From positions 43,521 through 107,520 of IMG/VR virus record IMGVR_UViG_2651870089_000025: 64,000 nucleotides of DNA. One strand, written 5' to 3'. Below are positions 10,958 through 19,609 of the stretch, in pieces. Origin of the DNA: a virus. Its lineage: Duplodnaviria > Caudoviricetes. How positions within the stretch are numbered: the stretch's first letter is position 1; every line of letters begins with the position of its first letter. Under the pieces are notes generated by a model, which did not search any database, was not told the DNA's origin, and saw only the letters and a program-made list of their open reading frames with translations. Both the position numbers and the translations under genes were made by a program.

Positions 10958-12829
10958 ATGACATATACAATTAATACATTCGACGGTAATTTTTTAACGA
11001 ATGTAGCTCCAGGTACAGTGGATACAAATACTTCTCTATCATTACTAGGCAAGAACTATAGTGGATACGGTCAGATTATTGCAAGTAATTTTGTTTACTT
11101 GCTTGAAAATTTTGCAAAAACATCTCCGCCGTCAAGCCCATTAAAAGGCCAGTTATGGTACGATAAGAGCGAAGATGTACTTAAAGTTTGTTCTATAACT
11201 GGCGATACAAATTCATTTGAAAGATTACAAGTTTACGTTGGTACATCCGAGCCGGCAACTGCCCGCGACGGTGATTTGTTTTATGATACTGACGATTTAC
11301 AATTAAAAATTCGTTCTTCGGCATCTTGGAAAAACGCAAGCATCCCAGGTGCAAATGGAACAGAGTTAGGATTTGTTAAAGTAACATCAACTACTGATAT
11401 TAACAGTACAAACAATGCAGGTGAGAAAACAGTTGCAGTAATGTTTATACGTGATCCTGCAACCCCAACATCTGCTCTTACAGCAGATAACATTGTTGCT
11501 GTTTTTGCCCAAGAAACATTTTGGTTTTTGGCAACCGAACCAACAGGGCAAGGACAACAAACACTAGTTACAGCAGTATTTGGTGCTATGGATACCGATG
11601 CTAATCTTACTAATAACAGTAAAGTTACACGTGGTATGAATATTAATACTGCATATACAGATGCTACAGTTAATAACGCCTCTGATTCTAATAGACTCGG
11701 CGGACAACTACCATCGTTTTATTTAGATTATGCAAACTTTACAAACAGCGCCGGCGCACCATTTGTTGCATTAAATGCGGATACTGTACCAACCTCTGAT
11801 AATGCTTTTGTTGTAGGTTCCGGTATTGCAAGATTTGCTAATATTTTTAGTACAACATTTACTGGGGATTTAGCAGGCAACGCTACTACGGCAACAAGCA
11901 CATCACAACTTAATGGCCAAACAGCTTCTTATTATACTAATGCAAGTAATTTATCAACTGGAACTGTACCTTCTGGAAGATTAACAGGCTCATATACAAT
12001 TAATATTAATGGTAACGCTGATACTGCTACAAATGCTTCTCAAATAGGTGGTGTTTCGTTATCGGGTATTGTATTAACTACAGGAAACCAGAATATTGCT
12101 GGCATTAAGACATTTGATAACGATGTAGTTATTACGGGCGACTTGACTATTAATGGTACAACAACAACTGTTAGCACAACAAATTTAGAAATTGAAGATG
12201 CAATAATACAGTTAGCACGAAATAATACAACTGCCGCAGTACCTTACATTGGTTTGCAAGCAGAACGCGGCGCAACTGATGCGTATCTAGTATGGGATGA
12301 GGCATCCGATCGATGGAGATCTACAACATCCGCCGACGGCACTACACACTCAGATGCAGACATGCAATGTGCAGTATTGCACGGCCAAGCAACTTCGGCA
12401 CAATACGCTGACTTGGCAGAAAGATATCATGCAGACGAAACATTGAGTCCCGGTACAGTTGTTCAATTGGGCGGTACTAATGAAATAACAAAAGCAGTTG
12501 GCTATTGCTCAACAGAAGTATTTGGCGTTATTTCAACTGAACCTGCTTATAGAATGAATGCCGATGCTGGTACATCAAACACACACCCTTATGTTACATT
12601 AACTGGTCGCGCACCTGTAACAGTAGTTGGTAAAGTTAAGAAGGGAGATCGCTTAATTAGTAGTGAAATTTCTGGTGTTGCACAAGCACTACCTCGAGAC
12701 TTTATTAAGTATTGCACAGAGAAAGGTGATCAACTAACTCTTCTTTGGGGCGTTATTGGACGCGCTTTAGAAGATAAAGACACTGACGAAATTGGTTCTG
12801 TTGAGGCATTTATACAAGTTAACTCATAA
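10958..12829 (+). CDS. Tail fibre/spike protein with C-terminal intramolecular-chaperone (autocleavage) domain
   Basis: N-terminal LLGKNYSGYG..NFVYLLENFA..GQLWYD; Gly/Asn/Thr-rich shaft; C-terminal AQYADLAERY, GVISTEPAYRMN, GRAPVTVVGKVKKGDRLISS. Confidence 0.75.
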   Translation: MTYTINTFDGNFLTNVAPGTVDTNTSLSLLGKNYSGYGQIIASNFVYLLENFAKTSPPSSPLKGQLWYDKSEDVLKVCSITGDTNSFERLQVYVGTSEPATARDGDLFYDTDDLQLKIRSSASWKNASIPGANGTELGFVKVTSTTDINSTNNAGEKTVAVMFIRDPATPTSALTADNIVAVFAQETFWFLATEPTGQGQQTLVTAVFGAMDTDANLTNNSKVTRGMNINTAYTDATVNNASDSNRLGGQLPSFYLDYANFTNSAGAPFVALNADTVPTSDNAFVVGSGIARFANIFSTTFTGDLAGNATTATSTSQLNGQTASYYTNASNLSTGTVPSGRLTGSYTININGNADTATNASQIGGVSLSGIVLTTGNQNIAGIKTFDNDVVITGDLTINGTTTTVSTTNLEIEDAIIQLARNNTTAAVPYIGLQAERGATDAYLVWDEASDRWRSTTSADGTTHSDADMQCAVLHGQATSAQYADLAERYHADETLSPGTVVQLGGTNEITKAVGYCSTEVFGVISTEPAYRMNADAGTSNTHPYVTLTGRAPVTVVGKVKKGDRLISSEISGVAQALPRDFIKYCTEKGDQLTLLWGVIGRALEDKDTDEIGSVEAFIQVNS

Positions 12830-12852
12830 TAGAACATATAATGTCGATAATT

Positions 12853-12883
12853 AAAGCCAACACCGCGGTGTTGGCTTTTTTTT
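12853..12883 (+). terminator. Rho-independent terminator
   Basis: AAAGCCAACACC-GC-GGTGTTGGCTTT followed by a T run. Confidence 0.85.
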
Positions 12884-13035
12884 GATAAATATATAAAGTG
12901 ACACTATATTGTTATTTGTACCTAGTGTGGAGCCTCAGACACTATAATAAACGTGGGTAATCGTGCCAGTCACGGGCGCGTAATCGAGTGACGGTTATCC
13001 CCACGTTAGAATGGGGGTAGATTTAGGAGAAAAAT
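12884..13035 (+). promoter_or_regulatory. Late promoter GATAAATA plus ~139-nt structured 5' leader
   Basis: GATAAATA at 12884-12891; several GC-rich complementary segments in the leader; SD AGGAG before the ATG at 13036. Confidence 0.6.
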
Positions 13036-13944
13036 ATGACGTACTCTGCCGGTAATACGATTCTAGCTAGTGATCTCAACTCATTTATTGCTGATGTTGA
13101 AGATATTTTTGGAGATAACAACTCTGGAAGCACAGCCGCAGGATCGTTAATTTTTGGTTACGGCGAGACTATGCTTCAAGCAGATGTCTCCGCAGGTAAC
13201 ACAATTACAGCTGCACAATGGAATAATCTTTATATGATGATTCACAGATGTGCAGGACACCAAGGTTCTACTGTTAACATTTCAGGAAGTGCATCCGCAG
13301 GTCCTTTCAGTGCAGGTGGAACAATTTCAATTGATTCAAATCTAGCAACTGATATTGCTACAATTCGTACTAACAAATTAGTATTCTCAGCTGGTAACAT
13401 GACAACAGGCACAGCCAACTCAAAATCAGGTACAGCTTCGTGGTCATCATCTACACAGCACAGTTTTACACAAACATTTGCTAGTTACGATGCCGCTAGA
13501 TATTTCTTTAATCAAGGCGGTGGTATGCTCTTTACTGCTTCACTTTCGGGCGGTACGGGCACACAAACAACTAACTGGGCAACACTTTTAAGTACTATGG
13601 GTACTATTACTGTTGGCGTTAACACAACAACACAAAGTGGCACAGGTGGTACAACAGGCGATAGTTTTGATGACATTGTTGGTAATGCTACAACCACTCG
13701 CACAATCTTTACACAAGCAAGCTCTGGTGCGTATGCAAGTAACAACTACAAGATTCAATGTTCTTGTGATACAAATAAGACAGTATTTACGTGGACTGTT
13801 ACATTTACAGACGGCCACACAAATGCTTTTTATGACACTGTAAACGGTACACTAACAAGTACTGCACAAGAAAGACGTGCAACTGGCACATATGTCAATA
13901 GCGCGGCACCTTCTTATAGTGCAGGAACATTTACTCAATCGTAA
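13036..13944 (+). CDS. Putative virion structural/fibre-associated protein
   Basis: 302 aa, Ser/Thr/Gly-rich; strong SD; late promoter; ARYFFNQGG motif. Confidence 0.6.
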   Translation: MTYSAGNTILASDLNSFIADVEDIFGDNNSGSTAAGSLIFGYGETMLQADVSAGNTITAAQWNNLYMMIHRCAGHQGSTVNISGSASAGPFSAGGTISIDSNLATDIATIRTNKLVFSAGNMTTGTANSKSGTASWSSSTQHSFTQTFASYDAARYFFNQGGGMLFTASLSGGTGTQTTNWATLLSTMGTITVGVNTTTQSGTGGTTGDSFDDIVGNATTTRTIFTQASSGAYASNNYKIQCSCDTNKTVFTWTVTFTDGHTNAFYDTVNGTLTSTAQERRATGTYVNSAAPSYSAGTFTQS

Positions 13945-13974
13945 TAGCTAGTAAATTTTAAAATTTACCTTTTG

Positions 13975-14009
13975 ACCCTCTGTATAAGTAATTGTACAGA
14001 GGGTTTTTA
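13975..14009 (+). terminator. Terminator hairpin containing an embedded late promoter (TATAAGTA) and the SD of the next gene
   Basis: ACCCTCTGTATA (13975-13986) pairs with TGTACAGAGGGT (13993-14004), followed by TTTT; TATAAGTA at 13983-13990. Confidence 0.6.
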
Positions 14010-14010
14010 T

Positions 14011-14355
14011 ATGTCTGATATAGAAAAAGCATACGAGTTTATTAATTTTAGAACAACAATAGTTAATCAGAAGCACTTGCTTTTAGCGCAAGTTGAAGAA
14101 AGGCTAACATGTTATTTGAACGGAGGCGTTTTCCGCGCCGAACCGGGGTTTATTGCGTTTATAGGTGATATAATTAACTCTGGATATGAGTCCGCACCCA
14201 TACTAGATGTTAATAATAATCCAATATTAATCAAAGACTTAGCAGAATTTAAGAATACATTGCTATCTTCTTACATGGAAGTGGTGTATGATTACTGGAA
14301 AGATTGGGAAGATATTAGGGTTGAACGAGATTTAAAGAAAATAGCAGATGTCTAA
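14011..14355 (+). CDS. Hypothetical protein (first gene of the modification operon)
   Basis: ATG at 14011, preceded by GAGGG, is preferred over the TTG at 13972. Confidence 0.65.
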   Translation: MSDIEKAYEFINFRTTIVNQKHLLLAQVEERLTCYLNGGVFRAEPGFIAFIGDIINSGYESAPILDVNNNPILIKDLAEFKNTLLSSYMEVVYDYWKDWEDIRVERDLKKIADV

Positions 14356-15142
14356 GGGTATAGTAATATTTGCTTTTAACAACGAGCAAATAGATTATGA
14401 AAAAATTGCTCGGCTCAACGCAGCCATGATAGAGTATAACATGAATGTTCCTGTACATATTATTACAGATATAGGAGCAGTAGCACCGAGTAAACGGCAC
14501 TATAAAGATTACAATCAAATTTTATCTTTTAATAATAGTTTACGATGGAATGCGTTTGAGTTGTCACCGTTTGACGAAACATTAGTATTAGATGCTGATT
14601 ACTTAATAATGAATGATCGGTTTAACGCAGTGTGGGGAAGCAAAAACGAACTAATGCTCAACACGGATATTGTGCCATTGTTTAAAGATGAGTTTATTGA
14701 AGAGAAAAGGCTTAACGACTTTGGCATTACAATGGCGTGGGCTACAGCGATATATTTTAAGAAAACAACGTTAGTAGAACATTTTTTTAATATTATGAAA
14801 CATGTTCACAGTAACTACGGGTATTATAGGCAAGTGTACGAATTTCATGGCGACTTATATCGCAACGACTTTGCGGCAAGTATAGCAAGGCATATGTTAA
14901 GCAGTTTCACAGAACACACAATGACAAGCATCCCGTTTTTGCCAGTTAGCAAAATGGTGGTTGCCAAGCCTGAGGATGAGATTGTAGACTTTAAAGATGT
15001 AAATCATGTAAAAGTTAAAATAACTTTACCAAATAAACCCAATGAATGTATAGTCAATTCTATAAAGCATACTAATGTACATTTCTTAAACAAGAAAACA
15101 ATTTTAGACAACAGCGATCGTATAGAGGAGTTGTATAAGTGA
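14348..15142 (+). CDS. GT-A fold glycosyltransferase-like protein
   Basis: SPFDETLVLDADY DxD motif; paralogous to the next gene. Confidence 0.65.
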   Translation: MSKGIVIFAFNNEQIDYEKIARLNAAMIEYNMNVPVHIITDIGAVAPSKRHYKDYNQILSFNNSLRWNAFELSPFDETLVLDADYLIMNDRFNAVWGSKNELMLNTDIVPLFKDEFIEEKRLNDFGITMAWATAIYFKKTTLVEHFFNIMKHVHSNYGYYRQVYEFHGDLYRNDFAASIARHMLSSFTEHTMTSIPFLPVSKMVVAKPEDEIVDFKDVNHVKVKITLPNKPNECIVNSIKHTNVHFLNKKTILDNSDRIEELYK

Positions 15143-15999
15143 ACGAACGAGGGTATCTTATTATAGCCCAGAATAATCAAACGCACGATTATACACGCAT
15201 GGCTTATGCTCTTGCGTTAAGCATAAAGAACACACAATCAAAAGTCAAAGGCGTAAGCATAGCGTTGCCAGGATCAGAATCGCATTTGTTATCGGAAAAG
15301 CAAAGTTGGATATTTGACAATGTGATAGAATTTCCATGGGGAGATGCCGCCGCATTAGCAGATTGGAAGATTAACAATAAATGGAAGTATGCTCACTTTA
15401 CACCGTATAAAGAAACTGTTATACTTGATGCTGACATGTTGTTTTTAAGTGACTACAGTCACTGGTGGGATACAATGTCTAGACAAGATATTATGGCTAC
15501 AACAAATGTACTAACTTATCGTAACGAAGTTGCCAAAAGTACATATTATAGAAGAACATTTGTTAGTAATCAGTTGCCAAACATTTATACAGCGTTTATG
15601 TATTTTAGAAAAAACAGTAAGATTATTTGGGAAGTGACTAAGTTAACACAAATAATTATGGAAAACTGGGAAGACTTTTATTTAAAATATTTAGATGCTA
15701 CTCGTCCTACTTGGCTAAGTGCCGATGTTGCGTATGCATTGGCAATAAAATTATTAGGAGTAGAGGATGAGTGTACAAGTAAAATTTTAACACCAACCTT
15801 TGTACATATGAAAACTCGCATGCAAGATACAGGAAATTTAGCTGACGAAGATTGGACAAAATACATACCAACTTATTTTACTAACGATTGTAAGTTAAAA
15901 ATTGGCAATTATCAACAGTATTATCCGTTTCATTATCATGTGAAAGAATGGCTTACAGATGATATAATTAAAAAATTAGAGGATGCGTCTGATGGGTGA
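15139..15999 (+). CDS. GT-A fold glycosyltransferase-like protein
   Basis: TPYKETVILDADML DxD motif, SADVAYALA, FVHMK, FHYH. Confidence 0.7.
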   Translation: MNERGYLIIAQNNQTHDYTRMAYALALSIKNTQSKVKGVSIALPGSESHLLSEKQSWIFDNVIEFPWGDAAALADWKINNKWKYAHFTPYKETVILDADMLFLSDYSHWWDTMSRQDIMATTNVLTYRNEVAKSTYYRRTFVSNQLPNIYTAFMYFRKNSKIIWEVTKLTQIIMENWEDFYLKYLDATRPTWLSADVAYALAIKLLGVEDECTSKILTPTFVHMKTRMQDTGNLADEDWTKYIPTYFTNDCKLKIGNYQQYYPFHYHVKEWLTDDIIKKLEDASDG

Positions 16000-16552
16000 T
16001 CTATACGTTTATTTTAATGATAGCAACCAAATAGTTTCTGTATCTGGAAATAAAGATGTTACCTCGCCTAATCGTTATGCCGCATTTCCTGAAGATGAAG
16101 TTGCTGGCTTTATATTAGGTACAATGAATATGATGGAATATGTTGTACGAGAAAATCGGCAAACGGGTAAAGTAGTAATTGAAAAGAAAGTAACACAAGA
16201 AATATCAGTACGCACAGTTGATAATACGTTGTATGAAATACCAAAAAGCAATAACCAGTTTCAAATTAAAGTATTAAATAGTTTAAGCAACAATACTTTA
16301 ACTTTTATTTTAGACAGCGGATTAAGAAATAGTTTAACACAAGCAGGGGACAGTATAACCATCAACGGTGTTAATACTTTACATTTCTTTTTCACTGAAC
16401 TTAATGATCCGCATTTTTTAAAGAAGCATGTTAGTTTTAGTGTTGAAGAATTTCTTAGCAAAGATATTGAAGTAGTATATACAGAAAATTTAACAAACGC
16501 AAGTGTATACACAAGAAGAATTTATGATGATTATATATATGAGGAAGTATAA
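15992..16552 (+). CDS. Hypothetical protein
   Basis: ORF coupled to both neighbours; the start could be 15983 or 15992. Confidence 0.6.
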   Translation: MGDLYVYFNDSNQIVSVSGNKDVTSPNRYAAFPEDEVAGFILGTMNMMEYVVRENRQTGKVVIEKKVTQEISVRTVDNTLYEIPKSNNQFQIKVLNSLSNNTLTFILDSGLRNSLTQAGDSITINGVNTLHFFFTELNDPHFLKKHVSFSVEEFLSKDIEVVYTENLTNASVYTRRIYDDYIYEEV

Positions 16553-17494
16553 ATGGCAAAACATAGTTTAAATGAGTTTGATGTTTTTTATATTAGTTTT
16601 GATGAACCAAACTGCGAAAAGAACTACGCAGATTTAGTTAACAAAATACCATGGGCACAACGCATACACGGTGTTAAAGGATTTGATAGTGCCCATAAAG
16701 CAGCCGCCGAAGCAAGTCGAACAGATAGGTTTATTACAGTAGATGGTGATAACATTGTTGACGAGAGTTTTTGGAACGGCGAATTGGAAATAGATCCAGA
16801 GAGACATGAAAAATCAATCTGGAGTTGGAGTAGCAAAAATATTATTAATGGATTAGTATACGGTAACGGCGGCATTAAACTATGGCCAAAAGAACCTACG
16901 CTTGCTATGAAAACACACGAGCATGCCGAAAACGAATCTGCCGCAATTGACTTTTGTTGGGACTTAGACTATCAGCAGATGAACGACATTTATTGCATGA
17001 ATCATCCTAACGGTAGTCCTTATCAAGCCTTCCGTGCAGGTTTTCGCGAAGGCGTTAAAATGTCGTTAGCAGACGGCAAAAAAGTAAACCCAGCGCCGGG
17101 AGAATTTGAAAAAGCAATATGGCATAAAAATTATACAAGACTTCTCATATGGGCAACAATAGGAGCAGATGTTGAAAATGGCAAGTGGGCAATATACGGA
17201 ACCCGGCTTGGATGCGAGTTATGTAACTTAGACCCGGAGTTTAACCATCATAATGTAAGAGATTATGAATGGTTTAGAGAGTTTTATGATAGCCGCGTAG
17301 CATCGGTTGTTAATGATGATAATATAGATAGACACACCGTCAACGTTGGCGACACTTTACGTACTCGTTTGGGTATGCAGTTGGGCGAAGTGGATGCAAA
17401 TGCAAGCAAGTTTTTTAAACGAGTATATGTAAATCCTCCACGTGTTGGGGTTAATGTTACAGAAAAATGGATGGAAAAAAATAATTTAGCATGA
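16553..17494 (+). CDS. GT2-like glycosyltransferase
   Basis: FYISFDEP, HGVKGFDSAHKAAA, FITVDGDN (DxD), NGLVYGNGGIKLW, AFRAGFREGVK. Confidence 0.65.
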   Translation: MAKHSLNEFDVFYISFDEPNCEKNYADLVNKIPWAQRIHGVKGFDSAHKAAAEASRTDRFITVDGDNIVDESFWNGELEIDPERHEKSIWSWSSKNIINGLVYGNGGIKLWPKEPTLAMKTHEHAENESAAIDFCWDLDYQQMNDIYCMNHPNGSPYQAFRAGFREGVKMSLADGKKVNPAPGEFEKAIWHKNYTRLLIWATIGADVENGKWAIYGTRLGCELCNLDPEFNHHNVRDYEWFREFYDSRVASVVNDDNIDRHTVNVGDTLRTRLGMQLGEVDANASKFFKRVYVNPPRVGVNVTEKWMEKNNLA

Positions 17495-18870
17495 CAGATT
17501 TTTTTCTCGAAGATGTAAAAAATATTAAGAAAAAACTGGACTCTGTTAGCAGTAGTTTCTGCTTGGCTAAATGGTATCAAGTAACAATACATTTACAAAA
17601 TGGGCATACACATAGTTGCCACCACCCCGGAACACACAAAGTTCCTGTTGATGAATTAACTAATAATCCAACCGCATTGCATAATACGCAGTACAAGAAA
17701 GAACGCAGGAAAGAAATGCTCGAAGGTAAAAGGCCGGCAGAGTGTCAATATTGCTGGAATGTCGAAGATAGCTCTGGCGAAAATTATAGTGATAGACACA
17801 TTAAAAGTGCCGCTATGTGGTCAGCACCATGGTTCAACGATGCAGTAAAAAATCCATGGGACGACAATCCAAATCCGCGTTATTTGGAAGTTAGTTTTGG
17901 TAATGTTTGTAATTTTAAATGTATGTATTGCTATCCTAACATTAGTAGTCAGTGGTATGAAGAAGCAAAGCAGTATGGACCGTATCCTACAAGCCAGAAC
18001 TTTGGAAGTTTACAACATTTGGAATATAAAGGCACAACACCGATCCTCGAACGAGAATATAATCCATATGTGGAAGCATTTTGGAAATGGTGGCCGGACT
18101 TATATAAATCTTTACATACATTTAGAATTACCGGCGGCGAGCCGTTGTTAAACAAGAACACCTTTAGGGTGCTTGAGGAAATTAATAAAAACCCCAGGCA
18201 CGAATTAGAGTTAGCAATAAACACAAATATGTGTGTGCCTGATAAAAACTTTGATGAATTTATTTCTTTAATAAAACCAGTAACAGAAAAACTTAACAAT
18301 GTAAGTGTTTTTACAAGTGTAGAAGCAACACATAACAAAGCAGAATGGATAAGATATGGATTAGATTATAATAAGTTCTGGCAAAATATTTCTAAACTTC
18401 GTGCAGAAGTTCCAAAGTTACATATTGATTTTATGTGCACTTACAATGCGTTAAGTGTTACTAGCTTCGCTGATCTCTTAAAAAAAATATATGAAGTACG
18501 TTGTAGTTCTCCGCACAACGATCCATGGCATCCGCCGCTGATGGTGAGCGTACCGTACTTGCGTAATCCTCCGTTTTTAACAGTTAAAATTTTAGACAGT
18601 AGTTTTGAGGGATATATTATTGAAAGTATTGAGTTTATGGAGTCTCATCGCGGCAACGATGACACGCCAGGATTTATAAGTCATGAGATAGAAATGATGA
18701 AGAGAATTTTAAGTTGGTTTAGAACATCAATTGATGTTGCGCAATTAAATGTAAATCGTGCAGATTTTGTTAAGTACGCAGACGAATACGATAAAAGACG
18801 AGGAACTAACTTTTTAGAAACGTTCCCAGAATACACAGATTTTTATAACACGAGTAAAACATTATGCTAG
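17491..18870 (+). CDS. Radical SAM protein with N-terminal auxiliary Fe-S (Twitch/SPASM-like) region
   Basis: CNFKCMYC (CX3CX2C), ITGGEPLL; N-terminal FCLAKW..HSCHH..CQYC. Confidence 0.85.
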   Translation: MTDFFLEDVKNIKKKLDSVSSSFCLAKWYQVTIHLQNGHTHSCHHPGTHKVPVDELTNNPTALHNTQYKKERRKEMLEGKRPAECQYCWNVEDSSGENYSDRHIKSAAMWSAPWFNDAVKNPWDDNPNPRYLEVSFGNVCNFKCMYCYPNISSQWYEEAKQYGPYPTSQNFGSLQHLEYKGTTPILEREYNPYVEAFWKWWPDLYKSLHTFRITGGEPLLNKNTFRVLEEINKNPRHELELAINTNMCVPDKNFDEFISLIKPVTEKLNNVSVFTSVEATHNKAEWIRYGLDYNKFWQNISKLRAEVPKLHIDFMCTYNALSVTSFADLLKKIYEVRCSSPHNDPWHPPLMVSVPYLRNPPFLTVKILDSSFEGYIIESIEFMESHRGNDDTPGFISHEIEMMKRILSWFRTSIDVAQLNVNRADFVKYADEYDKRRGTNFLETFPEYTDFYNTSKTLC

Positions 18871-19592
18871 AAGTTTTTCATTTAAGTTATTACGAACCGT
18901 TCGCTGACGAGACATACGAAAAGTTAAAACAGCGTGTGCCGTGGGCAAAGCGAGTGCAAAACATTAAAGGTATATTTTATGGGCACAAAGAATGTGCAAG
19001 GCAATCTCTTACTACAATGTTTTATGTTGTTGATGCTGATGCAATATTAGAAGATAATTTTGATTTTACATATAGACCAAGTAGCGAGTTAGAGTATTGG
19101 GACGGTGTAAAACAAAACGAATGTATTCATGTATGGCGTTGTAAAAATTCTGTAAATGACTTAGTATATGGATACGGTGGTATAAAATTATTTCCTCGAG
19201 AACCAGTCAGGCGCGCAAAGGATTGGCATATTGATTTTACAACAAGTGTATCTGGTAAGTTTAAAGCAATGCCAGAGTTAAGTAATTCGACATATATTAA
19301 CGCAGATCCGTTAACAGCATTTCAAAGTGGCTTTAGAGAATGTACAAAGTTAGCGGCACAAGTAATTAAAGATCCAGAAGGGCATTACGATAGTAGTAAC
19401 GATCCTCGTATATTAGAGTGGATCAACATATGGTGCAGTAAAGGTGCAGATCGTCCCAACGGCGAATGGGCGATACTTGGTGCACAGAAAGGTCGCGAGT
19501 ACGGCGAAGCAAACAAAGGCAATACCAACGCCTTGGATAAAATAAATGACAGAGACTGGATACGAGAACAGTTTGACAGTTTAAACAATTAG
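18864..19592 (+). CDS. GT2-like glycosyltransferase (paralog of 16553)
   Basis: FYVVDADA (DxD), NDLVYGYGGIKLF, AFQSGFRECTKL. Confidence 0.65.
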   Translation: MLEVFHLSYYEPFADETYEKLKQRVPWAKRVQNIKGIFYGHKECARQSLTTMFYVVDADAILEDNFDFTYRPSSELEYWDGVKQNECIHVWRCKNSVNDLVYGYGGIKLFPREPVRRAKDWHIDFTTSVSGKFKAMPELSNSTYINADPLTAFQSGFRECTKLAAQVIKDPEGHYDSSNDPRILEWINIWCSKGADRPNGEWAILGAQKGREYGEANKGNTNALDKINDRDWIREQFDSLNN

Positions 19593-19601
19593 TGTTATAA
19601 T
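19573..19601 (+). promoter_or_regulatory. sigma70-type promoter
   Basis: TTGACA-17-TATAAT; ATG 8 nt downstream. Confidence 0.7.
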
Positions 19602-19609
19602 AACTTACT

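Noticed and set aside
12897-13035. tRNA, or a known self-cleaving ribozyme or riboswitch, in the structured leader
   Set aside because: I could not recognise a cloverleaf, T-loop or hammerhead/twister/HDV core by eye; left as unclassified pending an Rfam search
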